64,000 nucleotides of DNA from Polyangiaceae bacterium. GTDB lineage: Bacteria > Desulfobacterota > Binatia > UTPRO1. The translations under genes and the position numbers were made by a program. Within the stretch, counting starts at the first letter, position 1. Each line of letters starts with the position of its first letter. The stretch is taken from positions 5,205 through 69,204 of the forward strand of contig JANNPN010000214.1 in assembly GCA_031400185.1 (NCBI GenBank). The letters are read 5' to 3'. The notes beneath the pieces are model-generated. The model was not told where the DNA came from and ran no database searches. It saw nothing but the letters and a program-made list of their open reading frames with translations. This document shows, one piece after another, positions 51,710 to 61,404 of this stretch.

Positions 51710-54079
51710 CTACACCAACGACGCCACGGTCACGCCCGGGCCGCCGGCGTTCGGCTCGGCATCGTGGAATGACGTCGCGTAGGTCGTACGGGCGAGGAGC
51801 TCGAGCACCGCGCGCTTGAGCGCGCCCGTCCCGAGCCCGTGGATGATGCGAACGGTGGGAACGCCGGCCGACTGTGCCCGGTCGAGGAACTGCTCGAGGC
51901 GGCTCAGCGCCTCGCGCACCCGCATGCCGACCAGGTGGAGCTCGTTCGGCGCGTCGTCGTCCACCGGGGGGCGTCGGCGCGGCGCCGGCGATTGCGCCGC
52001 AGCGTCAGGCAAGCGCCGCCGGAGGTTCGCGAACGGGGCCTGGAATGTGAGCGCTCCGCTGCGGAGGCGCGCCGTCTCGCCGTGGATCTCGATCAGCTCG
52101 CCCCGGATGCTGGTGCCGCGGACTTCCACGTTGTCTCCCAACCGCGGAGGCTCGGTGTCCTCGGGCTCGGCCCCCGCGACGGCGGCGGCACGCTCGGCGA
52201 TCGCGGTCGTCGCGGTGTGGGCGAACTCCCCAAGCACCTTGCTGGCGCCGGGCTCGCGCCGGCGGACGATGTCGAGCGCGGCGCGTCCCTCCGCCTTGAG
52301 CTCGCGGACGAAGGCGCGGGCCTCGTCGAGCTCGCTGCTCCAGCGCTGCCGCCGGCGTTCGGCAAGCTCCGCCACCAGGGTCGCGTGCTCGGCTTCGAGG
52401 GCGGCGAGCGCGTTGCGCTCCTCGTTCAACGCGGCCAGCTCGTCCTCATAGCGGCGCCGGCTCGTCTCGAGGCTCGCGATCGCCGTCGCGAGCTCGCGCG
52501 CCGCGGCGGCGCGGCCCGCCTCCGCCGCGTCGAGCACGTCCGCCGGCATCCGGAGGCGGCGCGCCATCGCGAGCCCGAGGCTCTCGCCGACGGAGCCGTA
52601 CACGAGACGGTAGCGCGGTGTGAAGCTCACCGGGTCGATGTCGACGGCGACGAGCTCGACGCGCGGCTCGTTCAGCGCGTAGAGCTTGACCGGTGCGTAG
52701 TGCGTCGCGGCCGCGAGGAGCACGCCGCGTGCGATCAGACGGTCGATGAGCGCGACCGCGAGCGCCGCTCCCTCCTCCGGATCGGTGCCGCCTCCCGGCT
52801 CGTCGAGCAGCACCAGCGCGGGCGGAGCGAGCCCGGCGAAGACGTCGACTAGGTTCACGACGTGCGAGGAGAAGGTGGAGAGGTTGCGTTCGATGCTCTG
52901 GTCATCGGCGAGGTCGGTGAAGACGCCCTCGACCCAGGGGACGATGCTGCCCTCGTCGGCAGGCACGAGGAGGCCGGCCCGCGCCATGAGCGTGAGGAGG
53001 CCGAGGGTCTTCAAGGCGACGGTCTTGCCGCCGGTGTTCGGTCCGCTGACGACGAGCGCGTACTTGCCGGCGCCGAGCCGGATGTCGATCGGCACCACGG
53101 TCGTCTGCCCCGCGAGCACGAGCTCGGGGTGGCGCGCGCGCCGGAGGTCGATGGCGCCGTCGCCGAACGTCGGAGACGTGGCTTGGAGGCGTCGCGCGAG
53201 CACGACGCCAGCGTTCAGCGCGTCGACCTCCGCGAGCGCGGCGGCGGCGCGACCGAGCTCGTCCCGCACGGTGCCGACCTGTGCCGTCAGCAGGGTGAAG
53301 AGCCGTCGCTCCTCGCCCTCCTCCTCCTTGCGGACCAACAGCAGGCGGTTGTTCATGTCGATCGCGAACATCGGCTCGATGAAAAGGGTCTCGCCCGAGA
53401 CCGACCGGTCCTGCACGACCCCCGGGAGGCGTGTCGCCGTCGACGCTTTCACCGGCACGACGAATCTGTTGTTGCGGATGGTGACGTAGCGGTCGGCGAT
53501 GCCGGAGCTCTCGCCGCTCACGACGAGCCGCCCGAGCCGGTCTTCCAAGTCCTGGCGCAGGTCGCGGAGTGCTCTCCTGAGCTCGGCGAGGCGCGGGCTC
53601 GCGTCGTCGTGTAGGAGGCCGGTGTCGTCGAGCATACGGGACAACGCCGCCTCGAGCTCGGGCAACGCCGCGAGGCGCTGCGGCAGGTCGGCGAGCGTCG
53701 GCATCGTCGCGATCCGGGCGGCGAGGAAGCGCCGGACGAGCTCCACTTGCCGAAGCACCGTCCGGATCTCGACCAGACGATCACCCGGGAGCATCGCCCC
53801 GTCGTGGCTCGCGAGGGCGAGCGACTCGCGGACGTCCGGAAAGCTCCCGAGCGGCAAGGCCCCGTGCACCTCGACGAGCCGAAAGAAGCTCCACTGGCGG
53901 TCGAGGGCCCGCTCGGCGGCCGACCGCGTCGGAAGCGGCGTGCGCCCGCGACAGACCTCTGCCCCCGGAGGCGACACCGCGAGCGCCGCGAGCGCGTCCA
54001 GCACCCGCGGAAAACCCAGCACTTCGAGGTCGCGAGGTCGCACGTCGTCGGTGCTACTGGAGGCCTGCCGTGGTGGCAA
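51710..54079 (-). CDS. mutS2: endonuclease MutS2 (MutS domains + C-terminal Smr)
   Basis: Walker A SGPNTGGKTVALKT, C-terminal Smr LHLVGMRVREAL...IIHGLGTGALKRAV. Confidence 0.85.
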   Translation of the reverse strand: MPPRQASSSTDDVRPRDLEVLGFPRVLDALAALAVSPPGAEVCRGRTPLPTRSAAERALDRQWSFFRLVEVHGALPLGSFPDVRESLALASHDGAMLPGDRLVEIRTVLRQVELVRRFLAARIATMPTLADLPQRLAALPELEAALSRMLDDTGLLHDDASPRLAELRRALRDLRQDLEDRLGRLVVSGESSGIADRYVTIRNNRFVVPVKASTATRLPGVVQDRSVSGETLFIEPMFAIDMNNRLLLVRKEEEGEERRLFTLLTAQVGTVRDELGRAAAALAEVDALNAGVVLARRLQATSPTFGDGAIDLRRARHPELVLAGQTTVVPIDIRLGAGKYALVVSGPNTGGKTVALKTLGLLTLMARAGLLVPADEGSIVPWVEGVFTDLADDQSIERNLSTFSSHVVNLVDVFAGLAPPALVLLDEPGGGTDPEEGAALAVALIDRLIARGVLLAAATHYAPVKLYALNEPRVELVAVDIDPVSFTPRYRLVYGSVGESLGLAMARRLRMPADVLDAAEAGRAAAARELATAIASLETSRRRYEDELAALNEERNALAALEAEHATLVAELAERRRQRWSSELDEARAFVRELKAEGRAALDIVRRREPGASKVLGEFAHTATTAIAERAAAVAGAEPEDTEPPRLGDNVEVRGTSIRGELIEIHGETARLRSGALTFQAPFANLRRRLPDAAAQSPAPRRRPPVDDDAPNELHLVGMRVREALSRLEQFLDRAQSAGVPTVRIIHGLGTGALKRAVLELLARTTYATSFHDAEPNAGGPGVTVASLV

Positions 54080-54876
54080 ATCTCGCGGCTCCGCGCGAGA
54101 ATCCGCCGGTGGAGATCGCCGGCGCGAACGCGCTCGTCACCGGGGCGTCGAGCGGCATCGGCGCGACCGTCGCGCGGGCGCTCGCAGCGAGGGGGGCGCG
54201 GGTGGCACTCGTCGCACGTCGCGCCGACCGTCTGGATGCGCTGGCGCGCGAGATGCCCGCCGGCAGCGCTGCCGCGTTCGCGTGCGACGTCCGCGATCCG
54301 GACGCGATCGGCGCGACCGTCGCTGCGGTGACGGACCGCTTCGGCCCCGTCAGCCTGCTCGTCAACAACGCGGGCGTCGGACGTTACCTCTCGTTTCTCG
54401 ACAGCAGCCCCGAGGATGTGGCGGCGGTCTTCGAAACCAATCTGCACGCGGCCCTCCACTTCACGCGCGCGGTGCTACCGGGGATGCTCGCCCGCCGGCA
54501 CGGGCACCTCGTGAACGTCGCATCGATTGCTGCCCGCATCGGGTCGCGGAACCACACGATCTATTGCGCGTCCAAGTTCGCCCTCGCCGGCTTCAGCGAG
54601 AGCCTGCTGCTCGAGCTCGAGGGCAGCGGTGTGGGCATCACGCTCGTGACCCCGGGGATCATCGCGACGCCGTTCTTCGATCACGCGTCGTTTGGGTCTT
54701 TTCCGGCGAGCGCCCGCGCGCGCGCGATCCCCCCGGAGCGAGTGGCAGCGGCGATCGTACGCGCCGTCGTACGCGGCGCTCCGGAGATCACTGTGCCCTC
54801 CACGTACGCAATCGGCACGATGCTGAAGACCGTGGCACCGGGTTTCTTTCGCCGGTTGATGCGCCGATTCGCCTGA
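54070..54876 (+). CDS. SDR family oxidoreductase (start may be GTG at 54109)
   Basis: ALVTGASSGIGATVARALAARGA, NNAG, YCASKFAL motifs. Confidence 0.8.
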   Translation: MVANLAAPRENPPVEIAGANALVTGASSGIGATVARALAARGARVALVARRADRLDALAREMPAGSAAAFACDVRDPDAIGATVAAVTDRFGPVSLLVNNAGVGRYLSFLDSSPEDVAAVFETNLHAALHFTRAVLPGMLARRHGHLVNVASIAARIGSRNHTIYCASKFALAGFSESLLLELEGSGVGITLVTPGIIATPFFDHASFGSFPASARARAIPPERVAAAIVRAVVRGAPEITVPSTYAIGTMLKTVAPGFFRRLMRRFA

Positions 54877-54910
54877 ACGCGCATCTCGCTCTTGTCACCT
54901 CGGCCGGCCG

Positions 54911-55855
54911 TTGGTACTTCAGCCCACTGCATTGCGCCGCCGTGGGGGTCACGGCGCCGTCGACGGAGGGTTCTCGAGGGTGGCTGACGGAAAGCGCAAG
55001 CTCGCGGTCGTCGATTTGGGGCGAGCTGGGGCCGGCACCGAGCCCGCGTCGAAGGTTCGGCGCCGAACCATCAAGCCCGACCGTCTCCGCCGTTCGCCAC
55101 CGGACGAGTTCGGCCTCGACCCGGAGTTCCGCTCCCGCGCGCTCCCGTTCTTTGAGGCGCTCTACGAGAAGTACTGGCGCGTCGACGCGCGTGGCGCACG
55201 GAACGTCCCGAAGCACGGCCCGGTGATCCTCGTCTCGAACCATTCCGGGGCGCTGCCGTTCGACGCGACCATGATCGCGTGCGCGCTCGAGAAAGCGCGC
55301 CACCCGCGCGCCGCCCGCTTCCTCTACGACCGCTTCGTCGAGAACCTCCCGCTCGTGCCGACCTTCTACAAGAAGGCCGGCGGGGTGGTTGCGAGCCGCG
55401 AAAACGCCGCCCGTCTGCTCGAGAAGGGTGAGCTGATCGGCCTCTTCCCCGAAGGTGTGTCGGGCCTCTCGAAGCTCTACTCCGAGCGCTACGTCCTCCA
55501 GCCGTTCAGCGGCGGCTTCGTACGCCTCGCGCTCCGCTTCGGGGCGCCGATCGTGCCGGTCGCGGTCGTCGGCGCGGAGGAAATCTACCCGCTCGTCGGT
55601 CGTCTGAAAGGCATCGGCAAGATGCTGGGCGCGCCGTACCTTCCGGTCACCCCCTTTTTCCCGTTGCTCGGACCGCTCGGCATGATCCCCCTGCCGAGCA
55701 AATGGCAGATCCGGTTCGGAAAGCCGATCGAGCTCGGAACGGCCGCGGCCGACCGTCTCGACGGCACGGCCGTTCGTGCCATGGCGGAGCAGGCCAGGCG
55801 GCGCGTCCAGGCGATGGTGCGCGCGCTGCTGAAGGAGCGCGACTCGATCTTCTGA
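54911..55855 (+). CDS. lysophospholipid acyltransferase (PlsC/LPLAT family)
   Basis: HxxxxD box VSNHSGALPFD and FPEGVSG motif. Confidence 0.75.
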   Translation: MVLQPTALRRRGGHGAVDGGFSRVADGKRKLAVVDLGRAGAGTEPASKVRRRTIKPDRLRRSPPDEFGLDPEFRSRALPFFEALYEKYWRVDARGARNVPKHGPVILVSNHSGALPFDATMIACALEKARHPRAARFLYDRFVENLPLVPTFYKKAGGVVASRENAARLLEKGELIGLFPEGVSGLSKLYSERYVLQPFSGGFVRLALRFGAPIVPVAVVGAEEIYPLVGRLKGIGKMLGAPYLPVTPFFPLLGPLGMIPLPSKWQIRFGKPIELGTAAADRLDGTAVRAMAEQARRRVQAMVRALLKERDSIF

Positions 55856-55969
55856 CGCGTGCCATCCGGGCGAAAGGTTGGCACAGAGTGCGCGCGCCCG
55901 GCACTGCGCCTTGGCAAAGCGCATCGGCAACCCGCGAGACTCACGGGGCGATTCGCTGGGGCATGACGG

Positions 55970-56920
55970 TTGCTCCGTACGACAGTCGAGATGTCACGTC
56001 GTCGCGCCTTCGTCCTCGTTCAGCTGGTCGCCGTCGCCGCTGCGGCCGCCTGCATCCTCACCCTCCATGCGGCCACCAGCCCGGCGCAGACGACATGCAT
56101 TCTCGTGGCCCTCGCCGTCGCGGCGAGCCTCGGAGTGGGCACGCTCCGAACGCTCGACCGCGAGATCATAGTCCGCCAGGACGCGCGGCGACTCAAGACC
56201 GAGATGCTCGCGAACGTGTCTCACGAGCTCCGCACCCCGCTGAACGCCATCCTCGGCTACGCCGAGATCATCGACTCCCTCCCCGGCCTCCCCGAGTCCG
56301 AACGCCGCGACATCAACGCGCGCATCCTCTCGAACGCCGTCACGCTCACCTGCGCGGTCAACAACCTCCTCGAGTACTCGTCGGTCGTCGCCGGCGAGAC
56401 CGCTGTCCGCCGCGCCAGCGTGTCGCTCTCCGAGCTCTTCGAGGAGATCGAGCCCTGGGTCGGACGCCTCATCGACGACAAGCCTGTGCGCTTTGCGTGG
56501 GATGTCGATCCGACGCTTCCCGCGATCGACACCGACCGCGGGAAGCTCCGCCAAACCCTCCTGAACTTGCTCTCGAACGCTGCCAAGTTCACCCTGCGCG
56601 GCGAGATTCGTCTCTCGGCCGCGTCCGGCCCCGCGGGTGTCGAGATCGCGGTGATCGACACGGGCGTTGGGATGAGCCCGGACCAGCAGTCGATCATCTT
56701 CGAGGATTTCCGTCAGGTCGAAGGCTCGATCACACGGCCGTTCGGCGGCATGGGTCTCGGCCTCACGCTCGTCCGCCGCTTTTCCGAGCTCTTGGGCGGA
56801 AGCGTCGCGGTCGAGAGCGCCCCTGCCAAGGGAACCCGCGTGTCGCTTCGCTTGCCCTTAACGCAGCCGCAGATTGGCCATTTCCCGCTTGAGGTCGTGC
56901 GCACGCCGGCCGCCGCCTGA
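55970..56920 (+). CDS. sensor histidine kinase, 2-TM minimal type, paralog of 39553..40407
   Basis: H-box NVSHELRTPLNAILGY, HATPase_c boxes. Confidence 0.8.
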   Translation: MLRTTVEMSRRRAFVLVQLVAVAAAAACILTLHAATSPAQTTCILVALAVAASLGVGTLRTLDREIIVRQDARRLKTEMLANVSHELRTPLNAILGYAEIIDSLPGLPESERRDINARILSNAVTLTCAVNNLLEYSSVVAGETAVRRASVSLSELFEEIEPWVGRLIDDKPVRFAWDVDPTLPAIDTDRGKLRQTLLNLLSNAAKFTLRGEIRLSAASGPAGVEIAVIDTGVGMSPDQQSIIFEDFRQVEGSITRPFGGMGLGLTLVRRFSELLGGSVAVESAPAKGTRVSLRLPLTQPQIGHFPLEVVRTPAAA

Positions 56921-57088
56921 CACACCGCCACGCTTTCGTCATGTCGACTCCCAACTTCACCATCGTAACCCTGCATCCGCCCGGCGACGCCGCCGAGGTC
57001 GAGGTCGGCACGTGGGTTGCAAACGTCGTCAACGGGTCCGTGAATGATTGGTACGCTCGCCCACACGGGCGCGCGACAGGAGGTCGTG

Positions 57089-57244
57089 ATGGAAACGCAA
57101 TCGCAACTTACGCTCCTCGATCTGATCGAAGCCGTCGCCGAGGTCACCGATTCCGAAGCCGAGCAGGTGAGCGTCGTGGCTCATCTCGTCAATAGCGGCC
57201 GCGTCCGTCTGACCGGGAACTTTCGCGGTTCGATGCTGCGCTAG
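57089..57244 (+). CDS. hypothetical small protein (51 aa)
   Basis: AGGAGG RBS 6 nt upstream of ATG; acidic helical peptide; no homology recognised. Confidence 0.3.
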   Translation: METQSQLTLLDLIEAVAEVTDSEAEQVSVVAHLVNSGRVRLTGNFRGSMLR

Positions 57245-57302
57245 GCGCGCGTAGCGAACCGATTTCCGTCGTCGCGCTCGACGGTGCTAGGAAAGCCCGT
57301 CA

Positions 57303-58052
57303 ATGAGCGAGCCCGTGCGGATCATCGGCAGCTACGTTTCGCCGTACGTGCGGAAGGTCCTGGTCATCCTCGACCTCAAGGGCATTCCGTACGAGATCGA
57401 CCCCATCATCCCCTTCATGGGGAGCGACGAGTTCTCGAAGCTCAGTCCCGTCCGCCGCATTCCCGTCCTCACCGACGACCAGGTCACGCTGACCGATTCC
57501 ACGGTCATCTGCGAGTACCTGGACGAGCGTCATCCCGATCCGCCCGTGCTGCCCGCGGGTGCCGCCGCGCGCGGCCGCGCCCGCTGGCTCGAGGAGTTCG
57601 CCGACACGCGCATGGGCGAGGTCTTCATCTGGCGGCTCTTCAACCAGGTGATGATCAACCCCTTCGTGTGGGGCGTCCCGACGGACAAGGAGGTCCTCGA
57701 CCGTACGCTGCAGGAGGACATCCCGCACGTGCTCGACTATCTCGAAGCCGAGGTGCCGTCCGAGGGCTTCCTCTTTGGTCCGGTTTCGGTCGCCGACGTG
57801 GCGATCGCCTCGTTCTTCCGGAACGCCGCCTACGCGTACTACCGCGTCGACGCCGCGCGCTGGCCGAAGACCGCGGCCTTCGTCGCACGCGTGCTCGCGA
57901 CCGCGCCGTTCCAGAAGCTCGTGCCGTTCGAGGACGCGATGATGAAGAACCCGCCGGCGCAGCAGCGCGAGGCGCTCGCTGCGATCGGCGCGCCGCTCAC
58001 CCGCACGACATGCGGCACGACGACACCACGCCGCGGGCTCATGAGGATCTGA
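57303..58052 (+). CDS. glutathione S-transferase
   Basis: GST N-terminal thioredoxin-like fold (SPYVRKV, IPVL) and C-terminal helical domain. Confidence 0.8.
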   Translation: MSEPVRIIGSYVSPYVRKVLVILDLKGIPYEIDPIIPFMGSDEFSKLSPVRRIPVLTDDQVTLTDSTVICEYLDERHPDPPVLPAGAAARGRARWLEEFADTRMGEVFIWRLFNQVMINPFVWGVPTDKEVLDRTLQEDIPHVLDYLEAEVPSEGFLFGPVSVADVAIASFFRNAAYAYYRVDAARWPKTAAFVARVLATAPFQKLVPFEDAMMKNPPAQQREALAAIGAPLTRTTCGTTTPRRGLMRI

Positions 58053-58924
58053 TGTCGTCCGCCCCCCGGCCGCCGCTCACCGTCATCATCCCGGCCGCCC
58101 ATCCCTGGCCCGCCGTCGAGTCCACGCTCGACTCCCTGGTGCCGCAGGTCGCGCGCGTCGGCGGCGAAGTGCTGCTGGTCTCGGGCGTGCCCGACGCGCT
58201 CCCGACCCCGCCTCCGCCCGGCGTCCGCGCGCGCATCATGGATTCGCGCGACGCGTTCATCCTCCGGCTCGACGCGATGCGGAGCTCGGCCGGCGAGATC
58301 ATCGCGATCGGCGAAGACCACGTGCTGTATTGCGACGACTGGGTCGAGCAGGTGCTGCGCGCATTCGCGGAAAACCCCCGGATCGCGGGTTTCATGGGCT
58401 CGGTCTCGAACGGCAAGACCAGCACGCTCGACCGCGCGTCCTTCTGGGTCACGCTCGCGCCCTGGAGCGCGCCGATGGCGACGCTCTCGCTCGACCGCAC
58501 GCCGGTCCCCGGCAATCTCGCGGTCCGCCGCACGGTGATCGAGGACCTCGTCGAGCCCGGCGTCTTCGAGTACGAGATCGTGCCGCGCTTGCTCGCGACC
58601 GGTGCGCTCCGCGGCAACGACCGCCAGCGCGTGGTGCACGACCAGTCGCTCGGGCGGATCGGCTCCTGGGTCACGCACTTCGCGAGCGGACGCGCGTACG
58701 GCGCCGCCGACGGGCGCTGTAGCCGCTGGCGGCGTCTCCGCGAGGCCGTGAAGGCCCCGGCCGTCATCCTCGGACAGACGCGCGCGGCCTGGCGTGCGCC
58801 CGGGCGCCGTGACGACACCCGCGGGTGCCAAATGCTGGTCGCGGCGCTCGGCGTCACCAACGGGCTCGGCCAGATCACCGGGATCCTCTTCGGGCCCGGC
58901 GACTCCGGCTCACGGATCGTTTGA
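58052..58924 (+). CDS. glycosyltransferase family 2-like protein
   Basis: ATG in ATGA overlap with GST stop; LTVIIPAAHPWPAVESTLDSL GT-A N-term, CDD acidic motif; distal part of 546-aa ORF. Confidence 0.55.
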   Translation: MSSAPRPPLTVIIPAAHPWPAVESTLDSLVPQVARVGGEVLLVSGVPDALPTPPPPGVRARIMDSRDAFILRLDAMRSSAGEIIAIGEDHVLYCDDWVEQVLRAFAENPRIAGFMGSVSNGKTSTLDRASFWVTLAPWSAPMATLSLDRTPVPGNLAVRRTVIEDLVEPGVFEYEIVPRLLATGALRGNDRQRVVHDQSLGRIGSWVTHFASGRAYGAADGRCSRWRRLREAVKAPAVILGQTRAAWRAPGRRDDTRGCQMLVAALGVTNGLGQITGILFGPGDSGSRIV

Positions 58925-58962
58925 TCTCCGCCCTGCTCCGATGGCTCGCCTGATTTCGGCCG

Positions 58963-60285
58963 TCAGCGCGGGACCCGACCGGTGAGCGTGCAGTTGCCGA
59001 AGCGGTCCATCACGGCGCGGTCGCCGGTGCGAAGCCAGCCGTTCGCACCCAGCACCGCCGCAGTCGCTTCGGGCCGCTCGTAGTAGCCGCACATGACCGA
59101 GGGGCCGCGGCAGCAGAGCTCGCCTTCGGCGCCGGTCGCGACCTCGACCCCGCTCGTCGGGTCGACGATCTTCACCTCGACGTCGAGGAGCGCGCGACCC
59201 GCGGTCGTGGCGCGCAGATCGATCGCGTCGTCCGGACGCGTCTGTGTGACGATCGCGGTCGTTTCGGCGAGCCCGTAGCCGACGCTGAGCTCCGGGAGGT
59301 GGAGCCGCGCGATCGCCTCCGGCACGAGCCCGACCGGGCACGCCCCGCCCGTCACGAGGCCGGTGCGGAGCGACGAGACGTCCGCGCGCAGCACGTCCGG
59401 ATGGCGCAGCATCGAGACCAGCATGCGCGGCTCGGCAAGGACCGCGGTCGCGCGCTCGGCCGCGATCGCCGCGAGCGTCCGTCCGGCGTCGAAATGCTCG
59501 GACGGAACGATGACCGTCGCGCCGCGGCCGAGGGGCGTCAGGATACCAACCACGCTGCCGTACGGCCGCGCGAACGACACCGGCACGCACAGGCGGTCCG
59601 CGCGTCCGAGCCGCATGCAGTCGCCGACCGCGGCCGCGTTCGCGACGACGCTTTGGTGGGTGAGCTTGACGCCCTTCGCGTCGCCGGTCGTGCCCGCGGT
59701 GTACTGGACGGTCGCGAGGTCGGTCGGCGCGACCGCCTCCTGACGGCGACGGAGCAGATGATCCGTGATGCCCGCGCCGGCGGCGACGACGTCGGCCCAG
59801 GGGAGCACGCCGCCCGCCGGCGCCTCGGTTCCGAGCGCGGCGATGCGTTTCAGCACGGGAAAGCGTCGGCTCGAGAAACGGCCCGCCGGGCGCTGTCGGG
59901 CGTCCGGATCGCACTCGTAGAACACGTCGGCGAGGCTCAGGCCGTCGGCGGTATCGGCGAGAAAGAGCGTCGACGCCTGCGCGTCGGCGAGCACGTGCGC
60001 GAGCTCGGCGGCATCCGCGCGTGGGTCGACCGGCACGAGCACCGCCCCGACCTTGGCGACCGCGAGCTTCAGCAGCACCCACTCGACGCGATTGGTCGAG
60101 AAGACAGCGACGTGATCGCCGGGATCGACACCGAGGCCCATGAGGCCCTTGGCGAGCTGCCTCGTACGCGCGTGGACCTCGCGGTACCGCCAATGCACGC
60201 CCTGATCCGGCGAGACGAGCGCGTCGCGCTCACCCGCCCCGAGCGCGACCCGGTCGAAGAAGTCGCCGATCGCGAGCCGCTCCAT
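58963..60285 (-). CDS. AMP-dependent synthetase/ligase lacking the C-terminal subdomain (possible pseudogene)
   Basis: A3 TAGTTGDAKG, A5, A7 WLRTGD present; ORF stops inside A8 (LTGRVPR*), 38 bp from convergent gene. Confidence 0.65.
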   Translation of the reverse strand: MERLAIGDFFDRVALGAGERDALVSPDQGVHWRYREVHARTRQLAKGLMGLGVDPGDHVAVFSTNRVEWVLLKLAVAKVGAVLVPVDPRADAAELAHVLADAQASTLFLADTADGLSLADVFYECDPDARQRPAGRFSSRRFPVLKRIAALGTEAPAGGVLPWADVVAAGAGITDHLLRRRQEAVAPTDLATVQYTAGTTGDAKGVKLTHQSVVANAAAVGDCMRLGRADRLCVPVSFARPYGSVVGILTPLGRGATVIVPSEHFDAGRTLAAIAAERATAVLAEPRMLVSMLRHPDVLRADVSSLRTGLVTGGACPVGLVPEAIARLHLPELSVGYGLAETTAIVTQTRPDDAIDLRATTAGRALLDVEVKIVDPTSGVEVATGAEGELCCRGPSVMCGYYERPEATAAVLGANGWLRTGDRAVMDRFGNCTLTGRVPR

Positions 60286-60323
60286 GTCGCGGCTTCTACC
60301 ATCCGTGCTAGGAAACGCACGCC

Positions 60324-60941
60324 GTGCCGGATGCGCTGTACTACGGGTTGAAGCGCATCCTCGCGCCCTTCGCGGATCTCTACTTCTCGCTGCGGGCGTC
60401 CGGGCACGAGTCGCTGCCGAGCGGACCCTTCATCCTTGCCGGCAATCACTCGTCGCTGCTCGACTGGATGTTCGTCGCGCGGTTCGTCGAGCGGCCGATC
60501 CGCTTCGTCCTGACGCGCGAGTTCTACGACCAGACCGGGCTCACGCCGATCTATCGCCAGCTCGGGGTCATTCCCATCCGTGACGGCAGCATCGAGCTGT
60601 CGGCGGTGCGCCAGCTCCTCGCGACCCTCGGGCGCGGTGAGATCGTCGGCGCCTTTCCCGAGGGTCGCATCACGCTCGACGGCGCTTTGCTGTCGGCGCA
60701 GCCCGGAGTGATCGCGATCGCGGCGCGCGCGCGCGTGCCGATCGTACCGGTCGGGGTCCACGGGGCATTCGAGGCGTTCCCGCGCCAGGCGCGCGTGCCG
60801 CGGCCCCACGCGGTCCGGGTCGCGTACGGGGCGCCGCTCGCGATCCCGCGCGACGTCGCCAACTCACGGGACGGGCAGGGTCGCTACGCGGACGAGCTCA
60901 TGCAGCGGATCGGCGAGCTCTGCCGGGCTGCTGCGCGCTGA
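60324..60941 (+). CDS. plsC: 1-acyl-sn-glycerol-3-phosphate acyltransferase
   Basis: AGNHSSLLD HxxxxD, FPEGRIT, VPIVPV motifs. Confidence 0.8.
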   Translation: MPDALYYGLKRILAPFADLYFSLRASGHESLPSGPFILAGNHSSLLDWMFVARFVERPIRFVLTREFYDQTGLTPIYRQLGVIPIRDGSIELSAVRQLLATLGRGEIVGAFPEGRITLDGALLSAQPGVIAIAARARVPIVPVGVHGAFEAFPRQARVPRPHAVRVAYGAPLAIPRDVANSRDGQGRYADELMQRIGELCRAAAR

Positions 60942-60951
60942 TAGCGCGTCG

Positions 60952-61392
60952 TCAGCGCACGAACGGCGTCGTCGCCTGCGCGAGCGCGTCGTCGATGCGG
61001 ATGCGGTGAACCGGCATCAAGTCCGGCGGCCACGCCGGCGGCGCGCACCACGCGAGCCCCGCCGTCTCGTCGCCGAGCGTCAGCACGCCGCCGGTCGGAC
61101 GGCAGACGAAGCACGTGCTCACGAAGTGGAAGACGTTTCCGTCGGGGTACGTGATGATCTGATGATGGTCGGGGTGGGAGTAGACCCCGACCAGTCGCTC
61201 GACCGCGACCGTCAGGCCGGTCTCCTCGAGCACCTCGCGGTGCAGCGCTTCGAGGATCGACTCGCCGAACTCGATGGCACCGCCCGGCAGTCCCCAGCGC
61301 CCGTTGTCGGTGCGCTGCTGGAGCAGCACGCGGCCGTCGGTGTCGAGGATCACGGCCGACGCGCCGGGACGGATCTGTCGGGTCGTCGCCAT
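60952..61392 (-). CDS. NUDIX hydrolase
   Basis: Nudix box GGAIEFGESILEALHREVLEETG. Confidence 0.8.
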   Translation of the reverse strand: MATTRQIRPGASAVILDTDGRVLLQQRTDNGRWGLPGGAIEFGESILEALHREVLEETGLTVAVERLVGVYSHPDHHQIITYPDGNVFHFVSTCFVCRPTGGVLTLGDETAGLAWCAPPAWPPDLMPVHRIRIDDALAQATTPFVR

Positions 61393-61404
61393 GGGGACGC
61401 TCGC

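Noticed and set aside
57284-58051. N-terminal part of 546-aa plus-strand ORF
   Set aside because: Overlaps the GST gene in another frame (Arg/Pro/Gly-rich); the real GT2-like gene starts at 58052.
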